A DNA stretch of 64,000 nucleotides from a bacterium (GCA_965209155.1 OZ242383.1:3808001-3872000), one strand, 5' to 3'; positions 40,527 to 51,194 are shown, counted from the stretch's first letter. Numbers and translations are program-made. Notes: a model not told the origin generated them from the sequence alone.

Positions 40527-40615
40527 AATTCTTGCGCTGACACTAAGTAAATTGATGATCAAAATTTTGTCTGACTCTCAAAAATACTTTAAAATTCAAT
40601 TATGAGGAAACTCCT

Positions 40616-42034
40616 ATGAAAATGCATATTGGTGGTGAATGGATTGACAAATCGCAGAAGATCGAGGTATTGCACCCCTTTGATGGTTCAGTGATTGATA
40701 CAATACCCAAGGGCGATCTCAGCGATGTAGAAAATGCGCTCACAACTGCTGAGCGCGGAGCCAAAATTATGGCCAATAAAACAGGATACGAGCGCTATGA
40801 GATTTTGCACAATGTTTATCAATTGATGTTGCAACGAACCGAAGAGCTTGCCCGTACGATTACCTTAGAGGAGGGAAAAATCATTGCCGAAGGGCGAATC
40901 GAAGCAACTCGGGCGGCAGAAATTATTTCCCTTTCCGCAGAGGAGGCTAAGCGGCTTTCCAGTGAAGTCGTACCCATGGATGGCGCCCCGGGGATTCAAA
41001 ACAAGTTTGGTTTCACCGTACGCGTACCATGCGGTGTCGTTGTCGGCATCAGCCCCTTCAACTTTCCTCTGCACCTCGTGTGTCACAAGGTAGGGCCGGC
41101 AATTGCAGCCGGAAATGCAATTATTCTGAAACCCGCCACAGACACCCCTTTGTCTGCTTTGAAACTGGTGGAACTTTTTGTAGAGGCAGGTGCGCCGCCT
41201 GAAGCGATTCAATGCTTAACCGGAACTGGTGGAGAGATTGGCGATGCGCTTTGCGTTGACCAACGTGTCAGAAAAATCACATTCACCGGCAGTCGTGATA
41301 TTGGAGAGCGTATCTGTCGCACCGCTGGCATAAAACGGGTGACCATGGAACTGGGCTCCAACTCGCCGCTGATCGTAATGCCCGATGCCGATCCGGAAAA
41401 AGTCGCCCAGGCTGCAGCCGCATCCGGCTTCTCCAATGCAGGACAGGTTTGCATCTCCACTCAACGGGTCATTGCGCACGATGAAATATACGGCGACTTT
41501 CTGGACGCGTTTAAATCGACCGTTGCCGGGATCACAACCGGAGATCCGATGGCAGAGCCGACTAAAATGGGACCAATGATCCGTGAAACGGATGCCATCA
41601 GAGTTGGTGAATGGGTCGAAGAAGCAGTCAAAGACGGTGCTGAGTTGCTCGCAGGCGGTGGACGGAGTGGTCAAATTTATGAACCCACCATCGTCGCGAA
41701 CGTCAAACCGGAAATGCGAATCTCCTGTGACGAGGTCTTTGGACCGGTAGTCGGGGTGACTCGTGTCGGGAATATTGACGATGCCATTGCGCTGGCCAAC
41801 GACTCGAACTATGGCTTGAGTGCCGCCATCTTTACCCAAGATATCGACTGGGCTATGAAGTTCGTGCGTGAGGTAGAATCGGGCAATCTCCATGTCAATT
41901 GGGGAACGCAGTTTCGAGCAGACCTGATGCCCTATGGGGGTGTGAAAGAAAGTGGTATGGGTAAGGAAGGTCCCAAATATGCCGTTGAGGAAATGACCGA
42001 GTTGAAGATGGCTGTTATCCATCTCAGCTCTTAG
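40616..42034 (+). CDS. aldehyde dehydrogenase family protein
   Basis: PFNFP, FTGS, MELGSN, GQVC and EVFGP motifs. Confidence 0.95.
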   Translation: MKMHIGGEWIDKSQKIEVLHPFDGSVIDTIPKGDLSDVENALTTAERGAKIMANKTGYERYEILHNVYQLMLQRTEELARTITLEEGKIIAEGRIEATRAAEIISLSAEEAKRLSSEVVPMDGAPGIQNKFGFTVRVPCGVVVGISPFNFPLHLVCHKVGPAIAAGNAIILKPATDTPLSALKLVELFVEAGAPPEAIQCLTGTGGEIGDALCVDQRVRKITFTGSRDIGERICRTAGIKRVTMELGSNSPLIVMPDADPEKVAQAAAASGFSNAGQVCISTQRVIAHDEIYGDFLDAFKSTVAGITTGDPMAEPTKMGPMIRETDAIRVGEWVEEAVKDGAELLAGGGRSGQIYEPTIVANVKPEMRISCDEVFGPVVGVTRVGNIDDAIALANDSNYGLSAAIFTQDIDWAMKFVREVESGNLHVNWGTQFRADLMPYGGVKESGMGKEGPKYAVEEMTELKMAVIHLSS

Positions 42035-42041
42035 GTTTGAT

Positions 42042-42074
42042 GCGTAAAACGGGATAAATCCACCCCGTTTTACG
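42042..42074. terminator. strong hairpin after the aldehyde dehydrogenase gene
   Basis: GCGTAAAACGGG / CCCGTTTTACGC 12-bp stem right after the stop, between convergent frames. Confidence 0.55.
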
Positions 42075-42117
42075 CGGCTCGAGCGGATCAATCGAAAATT
42101 ATGACACCTCGTTTGAA

Positions 42118-42316
42118 GCCTCCTTCGTGGCCCAGTACGAGGGGCAATGGTCGCTTAAAGTGTCCTGTGACAAAGTGCCAGTCACTGTGGCAAAGACCGG
42201 CAGCCCCCAAGCGTACCCGTACTTCACCCGGTTGGGGCGGTAATAGATCGACCTCCTCTACTTTAAAAAGGACCTCCAATTTCATGTAATACTGCAGCTT
42301 TAAAAACAAACTCCAT
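42118..42316 (-). pseudogene. N-terminal fragment of a Zn-dependent alcohol dehydrogenase
   Basis: MEFVFKAAVLHEIGGP, frameshift in a T run, then KVEEVDL...GLCHSD...VLGHEGG, then truncated. Confidence 0.85.
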
Positions 42317-42331
42317 TTTTATTGGATCGAA

Positions 42332-42894
42332 AGTCATCACCACCGGCAGAGCCGGTGGCTTGAAGAGGCCCCCAGTATGAGGGCAAAACGTGTTCGTCAT
42401 CGTAAGACGTGCTCGTGCTCGTGAACGAAAAAGGCTGCCATGTTAGATCATGAAAAACTCGATGTATACCAATGTTCCATCGAATTTTTAGCGTTATCTG
42501 TCCAAGTCATCGAAACATTGCCAAAAGGATACTCAGCCTTAGTTGACCAACTGAAAAGGGCCTCATGGTCGATTCCTCTCAATATCGCAGAAGGCTGTGG
42601 AATAAATTCCTTTCCTGACAAGCAACGATTCTATGCATTGGCCCGAGGTTCCGCAATGGAATGCGCTGCTATTCTCGATGTTTTAAACGTGTTGAAGATC
42701 ATCCAGCCTCCTTTATTTGACGAAGGGAAACAGTTACTTCATCGCATTGTTTCTATGTTAACCAAAATGTGCCGTCGAATTCACTGACCGTTCACGAGCA
42801 CGAGCACGGCTAACGGACACGGATACCTTTCTCATGTCTGACCGGCAAAGCCTATTAGGTTCGCACCAGCAGAGCTGGTGGTTTAATGAGATTA
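42332..42894 (-). mobile_element. non-autonomous IS200/IS605-like element with four-helix-bundle gene, copy 3 (563 bp)
   Basis: same ends; target TAAT on the minus strand at 42895-42898. Confidence 0.9.
42440..42787 (+). CDS. four helix bundle protein
   Basis: same family motifs as copy 1. Confidence 0.92.
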   Translation: MLDHEKLDVYQCSIEFLALSVQVIETLPKGYSALVDQLKRASWSIPLNIAEGCGINSFPDKQRFYALARGSAMECAAILDVLNVLKIIQPPLFDEGKQLLHRIVSMLTKMCRRIH

Positions 42895-43010
42895 ATTAAG
42901 GTAAAATTCGATCCTGTTTATATGCCGAAACTAATGCAATAACAAGAGACATCTGTCACTAACCCGAGTGCGACATAAATCTTCAATAATAGGAGTATTC
43001 TGATGTGTAT

Positions 43011-43180
43011 GTCATCCTCGCTAAACTTGTCCCTGCAAAAGCATGGAGCGGTAAGCGGGGATCCAGATTCGTGGATCGCTGCAAAACTCTGGATTCCTGG
43101 TCAAGCCAGGAATAACACATTTATTGAATGCACGGATGGAATCCTGCACCCGGATCAAGTCCGGGATTGCCTGGAATGAC
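43011..43180. repeat. cluster of REP-like palindromes
   Basis: GTCATCCTCG...GCGGGGATCCA, TGGATTCCTGGTCAAGCCAGGAAT and CCCGGATCAAGTCCGGG. Confidence 0.7.
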
Positions 43181-43249
43181 TTGTTTATTCAATCCTTAAT
43201 TTGCGTAATTCTTATAAATTCATCCCATCGTGCAGGTGGGGTTCCGAAT

Positions 43250-45757
43250 TCAGACAATATCCGTACTGGTGATTTCAGTATGTTGGAGTGAAGATTCTTC
43301 TTCCAATTCGGGTCGGTAGAGTGGCTTTTTCACTTTACGCTCAAAATTAACAGCAGGTGTATAAAGGGCCTCTTGTAAAACAGGAGCATTGAAGGAGCGT
43401 GCTATTTGCAATATAGGCGCTTTTCCATAGTCGGTGGTCCGTTGTTGGGCTATTCGTCCGACGGACCGGATCAATTTCTCCATTTCTTCTGGTGAAGTTT
43501 CCTGGCCATGGCGGGCCCCGGCGGCGCGGGTGATGGTTTCATTCATCAAAGTGCCCCCCAAATCATTGACTCCTGCCTGTAAACCAAGCTGAGCTCCTTT
43601 GTGACCCAGTTTGGTCCAAGAGGCTTGGATACTTTGTATGTGGGGATGTAAAACCAGACGAGACACGGCATGGATCAAAAGGGCTTCCCGAAAGGTAGGA
43701 CCTTTTCGGGCGCGACCTTTGAGGTAAATGGGGGCTTCCATATGAATGAACGGCAATGGGACCATTTCCGTGAACCCGCCGGTTCGTTTTTGTAAGGCTC
43801 GTAAGCGGAGCAAATGCCGGGCCCAATGGAGATAGTTCTCAATGTGTCCAAACATGATAGTGGCCGTGGTTTTAATTCCCAGTTCATGTGCCGTTTCCAT
43901 GACTTTGAACCATTGACTGGTATTGATTTTATCGGGACAGAGAGTGGTTCTCACTTCATCATCCAGAATTTCCGCTGCTGTTCCAGGTAAAGTTCCCAAA
44001 CCCGCATCTCGCAAGCGAATTAAAAATGCTTCAATACCAATCCCGAGGGTATGCGCTCCTTGCCAGATTTCCAAAGGAGAAAAGGCATGGATGTGAATTT
44101 CCGGAACCGCATGTTTTATGGCATGACAAATTTCGATATAAGTTTGCCCTGAATACTCCGGGTGAATTCCGCCTTGCAAACAAACTTCCGTTGCTCCGCG
44201 TTCCCAGGCTTCACGAGTACGGCGCATAATCTCCTCGAGGGTGAGATTGTATGGACGTCCCCTCAAATTTTCGCTCATCCTACCTTTGGAAAAGGCGCAA
44301 AACTGACAGCGGAAATAGCAGACATTGGTGTAGTTTATATTACGGTTGACAACGTAGGTTACTTTCTCCCCCATCACTTGCTGACGAAGATTATCGGCCG
44401 CCCTGCAAACATGGGCAAAATCCGAGCTCCTTGCTTCAAAAAGATGGACGATTTCTCTTTCTGACAAATCTTCTCCCTGGATTGCCTTTACGAGAATGTT
44501 TTGAATGCTGTCACTTGGCGAGGAGTAGGTACCTTGTTTTAGTATATGCACTTCACTGCGAGGAGGCTCAACCACCACTCCCGCTGACCAGTCCTCGGTA
44601 CGGGCAAATCCCTGTCCATCCGTCATTCGCAATACTGCAGTCACCATGTCGGGTTCCAGCCATTGTCCCGCAGATTTTGCGTATTCGGGATAAATGGCAA
44701 GGCGCTCCAATAAGAATTTACCGGCCCTTGCCGTTTCATTTCGCAAGGTCTTCAAATGGGGCCAGGGAGCTTCCGGATTGACAAAATCCGGGGTAACCGG
44801 TGAAACCCCACCCCAATCATTGATACCGGCCGCAATGATTTTTGGGAGCACTCCGGGATTCAAATTGGGTGGGGCCTGGATGTTCATTTCAGCGCCAAAA
44901 AGGATCCTCGTCACTGCCACTGTCCAAAGCATTTCCGATAAATCGGGTTCTGGAGCCTTCGCCATTCGCGTATTGGCTTTGGCGCGGAAATTCTGAATAA
45001 TTATTTCCTGGATATGACCATATTGCTGATGCAAATTTCTCAAATTCAGTATCGATTCAATTCGTTCTTGCCGGGTTTCCCCGATTCCTATGAGAATCCC
45101 GGAAGTAAAAGGAATGGATGCTTCACCTGCCATGCGGATGGTTTCGATGCGTCTGGCAGGAATTTTGTCCGGAGATCCATAGTGTGGTCCCCCTTTTCGA
45201 CCGAGGCGAGTTGAGATGGTTTCAAGCATAATTCCCATAGAAACGGATTTTTTCTTCAAAGTTTCCAAATCCTCGAGTGTCATCAATCCCGGATTCAAAT
45301 GTGGTAGCAAACCGGTTTCCTTGAAAACCAGTTCCGACATTTCGGCCAGATAGGAAAGCGTGGTTTCATGTCCCAACTCTTTCAGAGCGTCTCGTGCTGT
45401 TTTGTATTGCAGTTCCGGTTTGTCTCCCAAAGTAAAAAGCGCTTCTTTGCATCCGGCGTTTCTGCCATCCTCCGCAATTTTGAGAACGTCTTCGGGGGAG
45501 AGATAGGGAGATTTCAATTTACGGGGTCTCTGGGCAAATGTGCAATAATGGCAAACATCCCGACATAGCCGGGTGAGAGGGATAAAAACTTTGCGTGAAT
45601 AGGAAATACGATCGTGGTGTTGTTGGTCTCTCAGTACCCCTGCGGTTTCAAGTAAAAGAGGAGACAATTCAGTTTTGGATAATATTCTCCCCTCCACATC
45701 GTTCAGTATTTTTCCCGACATTGCCTTTTCGAGCAACGACTTAATTTCAGAATCCAT
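43250..45757 (-). CDS. fbiC: bifunctional FO synthase (CofG-CofH fusion)
   Basis: two radical-SAM motifs (CRDVCHYC, CYFRCQFC), SYSRKVFIPLT, VNRNINYTN, GGTLMNE; start MDSEIK after an RBS. Confidence 0.96.
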   Translation of the reverse strand: MDSEIKSLLEKAMSGKILNDVEGRILSKTELSPLLLETAGVLRDQQHHDRISYSRKVFIPLTRLCRDVCHYCTFAQRPRKLKSPYLSPEDVLKIAEDGRNAGCKEALFTLGDKPELQYKTARDALKELGHETTLSYLAEMSELVFKETGLLPHLNPGLMTLEDLETLKKKSVSMGIMLETISTRLGRKGGPHYGSPDKIPARRIETIRMAGEASIPFTSGILIGIGETRQERIESILNLRNLHQQYGHIQEIIIQNFRAKANTRMAKAPEPDLSEMLWTVAVTRILFGAEMNIQAPPNLNPGVLPKIIAAGINDWGGVSPVTPDFVNPEAPWPHLKTLRNETARAGKFLLERLAIYPEYAKSAGQWLEPDMVTAVLRMTDGQGFARTEDWSAGVVVEPPRSEVHILKQGTYSSPSDSIQNILVKAIQGEDLSEREIVHLFEARSSDFAHVCRAADNLRQQVMGEKVTYVVNRNINYTNVCYFRCQFCAFSKGRMSENLRGRPYNLTLEEIMRRTREAWERGATEVCLQGGIHPEYSGQTYIEICHAIKHAVPEIHIHAFSPLEIWQGAHTLGIGIEAFLIRLRDAGLGTLPGTAAEILDDEVRTTLCPDKINTSQWFKVMETAHELGIKTTATIMFGHIENYLHWARHLLRLRALQKRTGGFTEMVPLPFIHMEAPIYLKGRARKGPTFREALLIHAVSRLVLHPHIQSIQASWTKLGHKGAQLGLQAGVNDLGGTLMNETITRAAGARHGQETSPEEMEKLIRSVGRIAQQRTTDYGKAPILQIARSFNAPVLQEALYTPAVNFERKVKKPLYRPELEEESSLQHTEITSTDIV

Positions 45758-45803
45758 TTCTTTCCTTTCATTTTGACAAAACTCGACGTCGACTTTAGTT
45801 TGA

Positions 45804-46766
45804 TTACCGGGAATTCTCAAGCAATTGATCCGCAAAGTCCAAAGTCTTGTTTGCCAGCCTTATGCGATCTGCAAGAGTCTTCATTATCGTATTGGTGATT
45901 GTCACTGCCATGCCAAGCGTTTCGATTTCTTCAACCAGATTTTTATCTTGCGTGTCCAAGATAAATCCATCGAGAAAATCCTGATAATGACGGGCCACCG
46001 TTGTTGCTGAAACCGACATTCCCAACTCTTTCAACATTTTCGCGGTCGGACCTTTGATGGCTTGATTTCGGACAATCGGAGTGACTGCAACGATGGGGAC
46101 GGCAGTGCTTTGAAAAATCGTTCGTATACCGGGAAGGGACAATACCGGATCAATGCTGATGTATGGATTGGAGGGACATATCATGATGACCACCAGACTG
46201 GGATCTTTTAATATTTGTTGAAAAGGGGCACTCGTTTGCGCTTTTTCGATACCTTGAAATTGAAACCCGCTAACAATGGGTCGACAGCGCTCCCTGACAA
46301 AATATTGCTGAAACGAGAGTTGTTCGCCACCCACGGTATCGACCAAGGTGGCTACCGTGTCATCGGTCATCGGTATAATTGAATGTTGCACTCCCATTCG
46401 ACGACACAGATAACGAGTGACCTCGGTCAAACTCCGGCCTTCTGATAGGAGTCGGGTGCGTATGACATGAGTAGCCATATCCCGGTCACCCAGCTGAAAC
46501 CAGGTTTCGCCTCCCAAAGAGTTCAATGCCTCCATGAAGTTCCAGCTTTCTCCCGCCAATCCCCACCCCTGATTTTGGTTGTTGCGATTTGCCAGTGTGT
46601 ACATCAAGGTGTCCAGGTCTGGTGAAATGCGCAATCCCAGGTGTTCAAAATCATCTGCCGTATTGCCGACCACCGTCAGTTGAGTCGGGTCCAGGATTTT
46701 TGAGAATCCCAGAACCAATTTGGCTCCTCCCACACCCCCGGAAATAGCAAGGTATTTTTTTTTCAT
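45804..46766 (-). CDS. cofD: 2-phospho-L-lactate transferase
   Basis: SGGVGGAK, ISPDLDT, WFQLGDRD, PSNPYISI and KGPTAK motifs. Confidence 0.95.
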   Translation of the reverse strand: MKKKYLAISGGVGGAKLVLGFSKILDPTQLTVVGNTADDFEHLGLRISPDLDTLMYTLANRNNQNQGWGLAGESWNFMEALNSLGGETWFQLGDRDMATHVIRTRLLSEGRSLTEVTRYLCRRMGVQHSIIPMTDDTVATLVDTVGGEQLSFQQYFVRERCRPIVSGFQFQGIEKAQTSAPFQQILKDPSLVVIMICPSNPYISIDPVLSLPGIRTIFQSTAVPIVAVTPIVRNQAIKGPTAKMLKELGMSVSATTVARHYQDFLDGFILDTQDKNLVEEIETLGMAVTITNTIMKTLADRIRLANKTLDFADQLLENSR

Positions 46767-46898
46767 AAGGACACTTCAATGATGCTGAAAGAAACTACTC
46801 TCCTTTTTTAAGTCCCTTTCTCCTGGAAGGAGGAGGTTGAGGGGGGAGAGAAAGGCTGTTTGGCCACCCTGTGGCAATGCAAAACAACCGAATCAGGA

Positions 46899-47675
46899 TC
46901 AGCGAAACAAATCTTGATCTTTGGGACGTAGCAGTGGTTTGATTCCCTTGAGTCTATCGTCTTCCGGCTCCGACGATTGATAACCCCGTACCAGCACGAT
47001 TGGGGTTTTCTCATCTTTCTGCCCCATCAACAACGAGGCGCCAGCGGCCATTTCATCCGCTGTTGCCACCTCTGTCACTTGCAATTCTCGCTCAAAAAGA
47101 TCCCGGCCGCCGATAAGATTTTCCAGTGGCGTGAATCCTGACACTCCAATGGCCAGTCCTTGCAGACCATTGCGCCATGCGCGTCCGCTGGTATCACTGA
47201 TGATCACTCCCAATTGAACGCCGAAACAACTTTCCAACCCCTCCCTCAGTCTGCGAGCGCTGGCGTCCGGATCATAGGGTAAAAGCAGCACGGGTTCCGT
47301 TTCAGGATCGGATGCGATGTTGGAACGATCCACTCCGGCGTTGGCATGCACAAATCCCAAGCGATGTTCTACGATTAACACGCCAGGCTTTTTACGCACA
47401 ACTTCTTTCGATTCAGAGAGAATGACATGAACATGACGTGGGTCCTTTTGCACTTCTTCAGCAAGTGCGATTGCTTCCACAGAAGGTTTTATATCTGCCA
47501 GAAAGACATAGCGGTCTTCCGCTTTGGAAACAATCTTCTGAGCAACCACCAGCACATCATGTTCCTGCAACGATTCGCCTGACTGACTGAGAGCATTCTC
47601 GATTGTGGAGACCAAATTGTCACCCGGCTCAATCAGAGGGATTCCAGGAATGGCGGAAAAAACGAGTTTCCTCAT
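46899..47675 (-). CDS. cofE: coenzyme F420-0:L-glutamate ligase
   Basis: QKIVSKAE, ANAGVDRSN, DTSGRAWR and ADEMAAGA motifs. Confidence 0.95.
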   Translation of the reverse strand: MRKLVFSAIPGIPLIEPGDNLVSTIENALSQSGESLQEHDVLVVAQKIVSKAEDRYVFLADIKPSVEAIALAEEVQKDPRHVHVILSESKEVVRKKPGVLIVEHRLGFVHANAGVDRSNIASDPETEPVLLLPYDPDASARRLREGLESCFGVQLGVIISDTSGRAWRNGLQGLAIGVSGFTPLENLIGGRDLFERELQVTEVATADEMAAGASLLMGQKDEKTPIVLVRGYQSSEPEDDRLKGIKPLLRPKDQDLFR

Positions 47676-47681
47676 GAAAAA

Positions 47682-48911
47682 TCAGTTCTGATACTTGCGT
47701 AACTCCTGCCTGGCAACAACCATCCGGTGGACTTCATCCGGCCCATCTGCCAGTCTCAACGTGCGAGCGCTGGCCCACATCCGTGCAAGCGGTGTCCATT
47801 GAGAAACTCCAGTCCCGCCATACATTTGAATGGCGCGATCGATGATTTTCAGAGTAATATTGGGAACGTAGACTTTGATTTGAGAAATATAGGTTCTCGC
47901 TTCTTTATTGCCATATAAATCCATCACGCGCGCCGCTTTCAAAGTGAGCAAACGGGCGGTTTCGATTTCTATTCTCGAATCCGCTACTACGTCGTAGTTT
48001 CCTCCCAATTTGACCAATTCTCTACCAAATCCAATTCGTGACAACCCTCGTTTGCAGAGAAGTTCCAACGCTTTTTCCGCCTGACCGATCAAACGCATGC
48101 AATGGTGGATTCGGCCGGGACCCAAACGACCCTGGGAAATTTCAAATCCTCGTCCCGGACCAAGAATAATATTGTCTTTGGGTACGCGAACGTTGTTGAA
48201 GCGCAGGTGCATGTGTCCATGAGGCGCGTCATCGTTGCCAAAAACATGCATGCATCCCAACGTTTCGATGCCCTCAGTATCCCGCGGAACCAGGATTTGC
48301 GACTGCCTGGAATGCCGAGGCGCATCCGGATTGGTTTGCACCATGCAGATGAGGATTTTGCAGCGGGGATCTCCGGCGCCTGATGCGAAATATTTTTCCC
48401 CATTGATCACCCATTCGTCCCCTTGCAGTTCCGCACGTGTAGAAATATTGGTCGCATCGGAAGACGCAACATTGGGTTCGGTCATGGCAAAACTGGAACG
48501 AATTTCTCCATTCATCAAAGGTTTCAACCATTTTTCTTTCTGCGCATCTGTTCCAAAACGCTCCAGAACTTCCATATTGCCCGTATCGGGCGCAGCGCAA
48601 TTGAAAACTTCCGGCGCCAGTTTGCTCATCCCCATCTGCTCCGCCAGGTAAGCGTAATCCAAATTGGAAATCCTTGGAGCCCCGGGATAAGATGCGTTGG
48701 GTAGGAAAAAATTCCACAGCCTTTCCTCCTTCGCCCTGGTTTTCAACCCTTCCAGTATTTCAGTCATGCGGGCAGTAAATTTCCATCGGTCTCCATCTTT
48801 ACCGATTTCGCCGTGAAATTCCTCCTCCAGAGGCTCAATTTCATCGTGAATGAAATTTTTCACCTTCTCTAAAATGGGTTTGTATTCTTCCGATAATTGC
48901 AAATTATTCAT
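47682..48911 (-). CDS. acyl-CoA dehydrogenase
   Basis: APDTGNME, MTEP, RLGPGRIHH and LADGPDEVH motifs. Confidence 0.95.
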   Translation of the reverse strand: MNNLQLSEEYKPILEKVKNFIHDEIEPLEEEFHGEIGKDGDRWKFTARMTEILEGLKTRAKEERLWNFFLPNASYPGAPRISNLDYAYLAEQMGMSKLAPEVFNCAAPDTGNMEVLERFGTDAQKEKWLKPLMNGEIRSSFAMTEPNVASSDATNISTRAELQGDEWVINGEKYFASGAGDPRCKILICMVQTNPDAPRHSRQSQILVPRDTEGIETLGCMHVFGNDDAPHGHMHLRFNNVRVPKDNIILGPGRGFEISQGRLGPGRIHHCMRLIGQAEKALELLCKRGLSRIGFGRELVKLGGNYDVVADSRIEIETARLLTLKAARVMDLYGNKEARTYISQIKVYVPNITLKIIDRAIQMYGGTGVSQWTPLARMWASARTLRLADGPDEVHRMVVARQELRKYQN

Positions 48912-48975
48912 AGTTTCACTCCCTCAAAGATATGATTTCTGATTCGTCTTTCTGGAAAAAAATTGGTATAAAGTT

Positions 48976-50769
48976 TTATCTGGATCCCCGGATGCTTGCA
49001 AAATTCTGGTTTTTTCTTTTGACCAGTACTTCCTTTCTCAGCTTTAGCTTATGAATTTTCTGGGTTCCCGTACGTGGTAAGCGCTCGATATGGAATTCAA
49101 AATACTCGGGAATTTTAAAATGCGCGAGTCTTTCTCTCAGAAAGACTTTGAGTGTCGCACCATCTGCGGGTTCACCTGGATTCAAGAACACGACTGCATA
49201 AACCACTTCTCCGAGACGTTCATCCGGTATGCCAAATACAGCGGTTTCTAAAACTGACTCGTGTTCATAAATTGCGGCTTCCACCTCCTGGCAACTGATG
49301 TTTTCTCCTCCTCGAATTATAATATCTTTGATTCGATCCACAATATAAATGAAGCCTTCTTCATCCAGATAACCGACATCCCCGGTTCGGAACCATCCAT
49401 CATGAAATGCTCGTGCAGTGGCTTCCGCTTGCTTCCAATAACCTCTTGCATTGGTTGGTGATTTGAAAAGGATTTCCCCAGACTCTCCGACAGCGACCTC
49501 TCGGTTATTTTCATCGACAATTTTAATTGCCCCTAAGGGATGTAATCTACCCACACTTTCGGGTTTTCCTACATAGTTCAAACCATGGTTGGTCGAACCC
49601 AACCCATTGGTTTCGGTCAGTCCCCATGCCGTACCAGCCAAATGACCAGGGATTTTCTCCTCAAACTGCTTGACATGGGCAGGCGGACGGGCAGCCCCCG
49701 ATCCGATGATAGTGGACAGACTGGACAGATCATATTTTTGTAAATTGGGAGAACGTAACATTTCCCAGGACATCGTTGGTACTCCATTGAAAAAGGTGAT
49801 ACGCTCTTTTTGAATCAACTCCATAGCTTTTTCTGCATCCCATTTATGCATCATCACGATTTTTGCTCCGAAATAAAAAGCTAATAGAAACTGACCGTGG
49901 CAGGCGGAAACGTGGAACAGGGGGGTGGTCATCAATGCAGCGGGAGCATAGCTTGAAGTTTCATTATTAATCAGGTTCACGCCATCCTGAATGGCTTTGG
50001 CTTGAGAGAAGACTTTCCAGGCAGTCAAGGTCAACACAACCGCTTGGTGAGTCGAGATGACCCCCTTGGGATAGCCGGTTGAACCGGATGTGTACATCAA
50101 TATCGCATCCTCATCGGGAGCGATTGGGATTTCAGGGAAAGGCGTCACCTCGCCGGCCGACTCACACGATGTTGTGGTATCGATAGTGCGGGAATCCTCG
50201 CAATATCCGGCTACTAAATGTTCATATTGCCAAACATGTCCGGGCAACCTGATTTCAGATCTCACTGCAATCACCCGAATATTTTTTTGAATCACCAAAG
50301 ATTTCAGACGCTCGAGCCGATCTTGATCGGCAATCACTAACACGCTTCCGCTGTCTTCTAATCCATACTCCAATTCAGAGGAAGTCCACCAAGCATTCAT
50401 AGGCACTGCCACTGCACCAATTGAAGTAATTGCCATAAAACTGACTATCCATTCTGGATAATTGCGCATGGCAATTGCCACACGATCGCCTTTTTGAATC
50501 GAAAATTGTTCGAGAAGCACTTGACAAAATAAAGCTACCTTTTCTCCTATTTGCCCATAAGACCAGCGATAATCTTCGTAAACCAGACAAGGCTGCTCCT
50601 CAAATTCTTCCAGACAACGCAGATAAAGCTCTCTCAAGGAAATGCAATAATTTTTAAAAACAGGATAGCGGACTCCGCGAATTTCCTTCTCCACTACAGC
50701 AAATTCCGCAGTCGGAGCCGTTAATTCCGCTAAAGCTTCTTCATAGATTTTATACATATTTTCAAGCAT
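48976..50769 (-). CDS. long-chain acyl-CoA ligase (class I adenylate-forming)
   Basis: YTSGSTGYPKG, GLTET, TGD and IIRGGEN motifs. Confidence 0.92.
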   Translation of the reverse strand: MLENMYKIYEEALAELTAPTAEFAVVEKEIRGVRYPVFKNYCISLRELYLRCLEEFEEQPCLVYEDYRWSYGQIGEKVALFCQVLLEQFSIQKGDRVAIAMRNYPEWIVSFMAITSIGAVAVPMNAWWTSSELEYGLEDSGSVLVIADQDRLERLKSLVIQKNIRVIAVRSEIRLPGHVWQYEHLVAGYCEDSRTIDTTTSCESAGEVTPFPEIPIAPDEDAILMYTSGSTGYPKGVISTHQAVVLTLTAWKVFSQAKAIQDGVNLINNETSSYAPAALMTTPLFHVSACHGQFLLAFYFGAKIVMMHKWDAEKAMELIQKERITFFNGVPTMSWEMLRSPNLQKYDLSSLSTIIGSGAARPPAHVKQFEEKIPGHLAGTAWGLTETNGLGSTNHGLNYVGKPESVGRLHPLGAIKIVDENNREVAVGESGEILFKSPTNARGYWKQAEATARAFHDGWFRTGDVGYLDEEGFIYIVDRIKDIIIRGGENISCQEVEAAIYEHESVLETAVFGIPDERLGEVVYAVVFLNPGEPADGATLKVFLRERLAHFKIPEYFEFHIERLPRTGTQKIHKLKLRKEVLVKRKNQNFASIRGSR

Positions 50770-51096
50770 TGGCCTTTTTTCTTTGCATCACTATTCGAGA
50801 AAGGTCATAAAATGACATGCCTCAGGATTCCCGGTCAAGATATGAATGATATTACTGGAAATAAGTCAGTTGATTCTCGTAATAAAGCAAATTGACTAAC
50901 AAGAGCCCCTGGAGATGTCAAGCAGGAAAATTTCAATCTCGAATCAGACTAAGGACCAAAAAGACAAAAAAGACGATGCGTTATCGAGTCTATATCAGTT
51001 GTCCCTCTACCCTTGCAGATAAATTGCATTCTGATATAAAAGTTATGTCTGTTTGTATTATACAATTCCGTTACCTGTAAAAATGGGTAACCAAAC

Positions 51097-51169
51097 TGAG
51101 CAGTAACGGAGTTTTTATTCATATAATATCAAAGAGTTAATCAAAGAGAAAAAACTCAGCTACCCCTCA
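51097..51169. repeat. family-C mini-element (73 bp, imperfect TIRs)
   Basis: TGAGCAGTAACGGAGTTT...AAACTCAGCTACCCCTCA; related sequence at 2976-3189 and 16763-16806. Confidence 0.7.
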
Positions 51170-51194
51170 CCTAACTAAACTAAGGAGAATAAAA

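Noticed and set aside
41216..42091. Long antisense ORFs (also 56866-57546, 38461-39000, 39565-39981 and 35302-35646)
   Set aside because: They are shadows of well-supported genes or run through element ends, with no recognisable motifs.
2976..43180. CRISPR array from recurring palindromes
   Set aside because: The repeats are dispersed and degenerate, with no regular repeat-spacer period and no cas genes.
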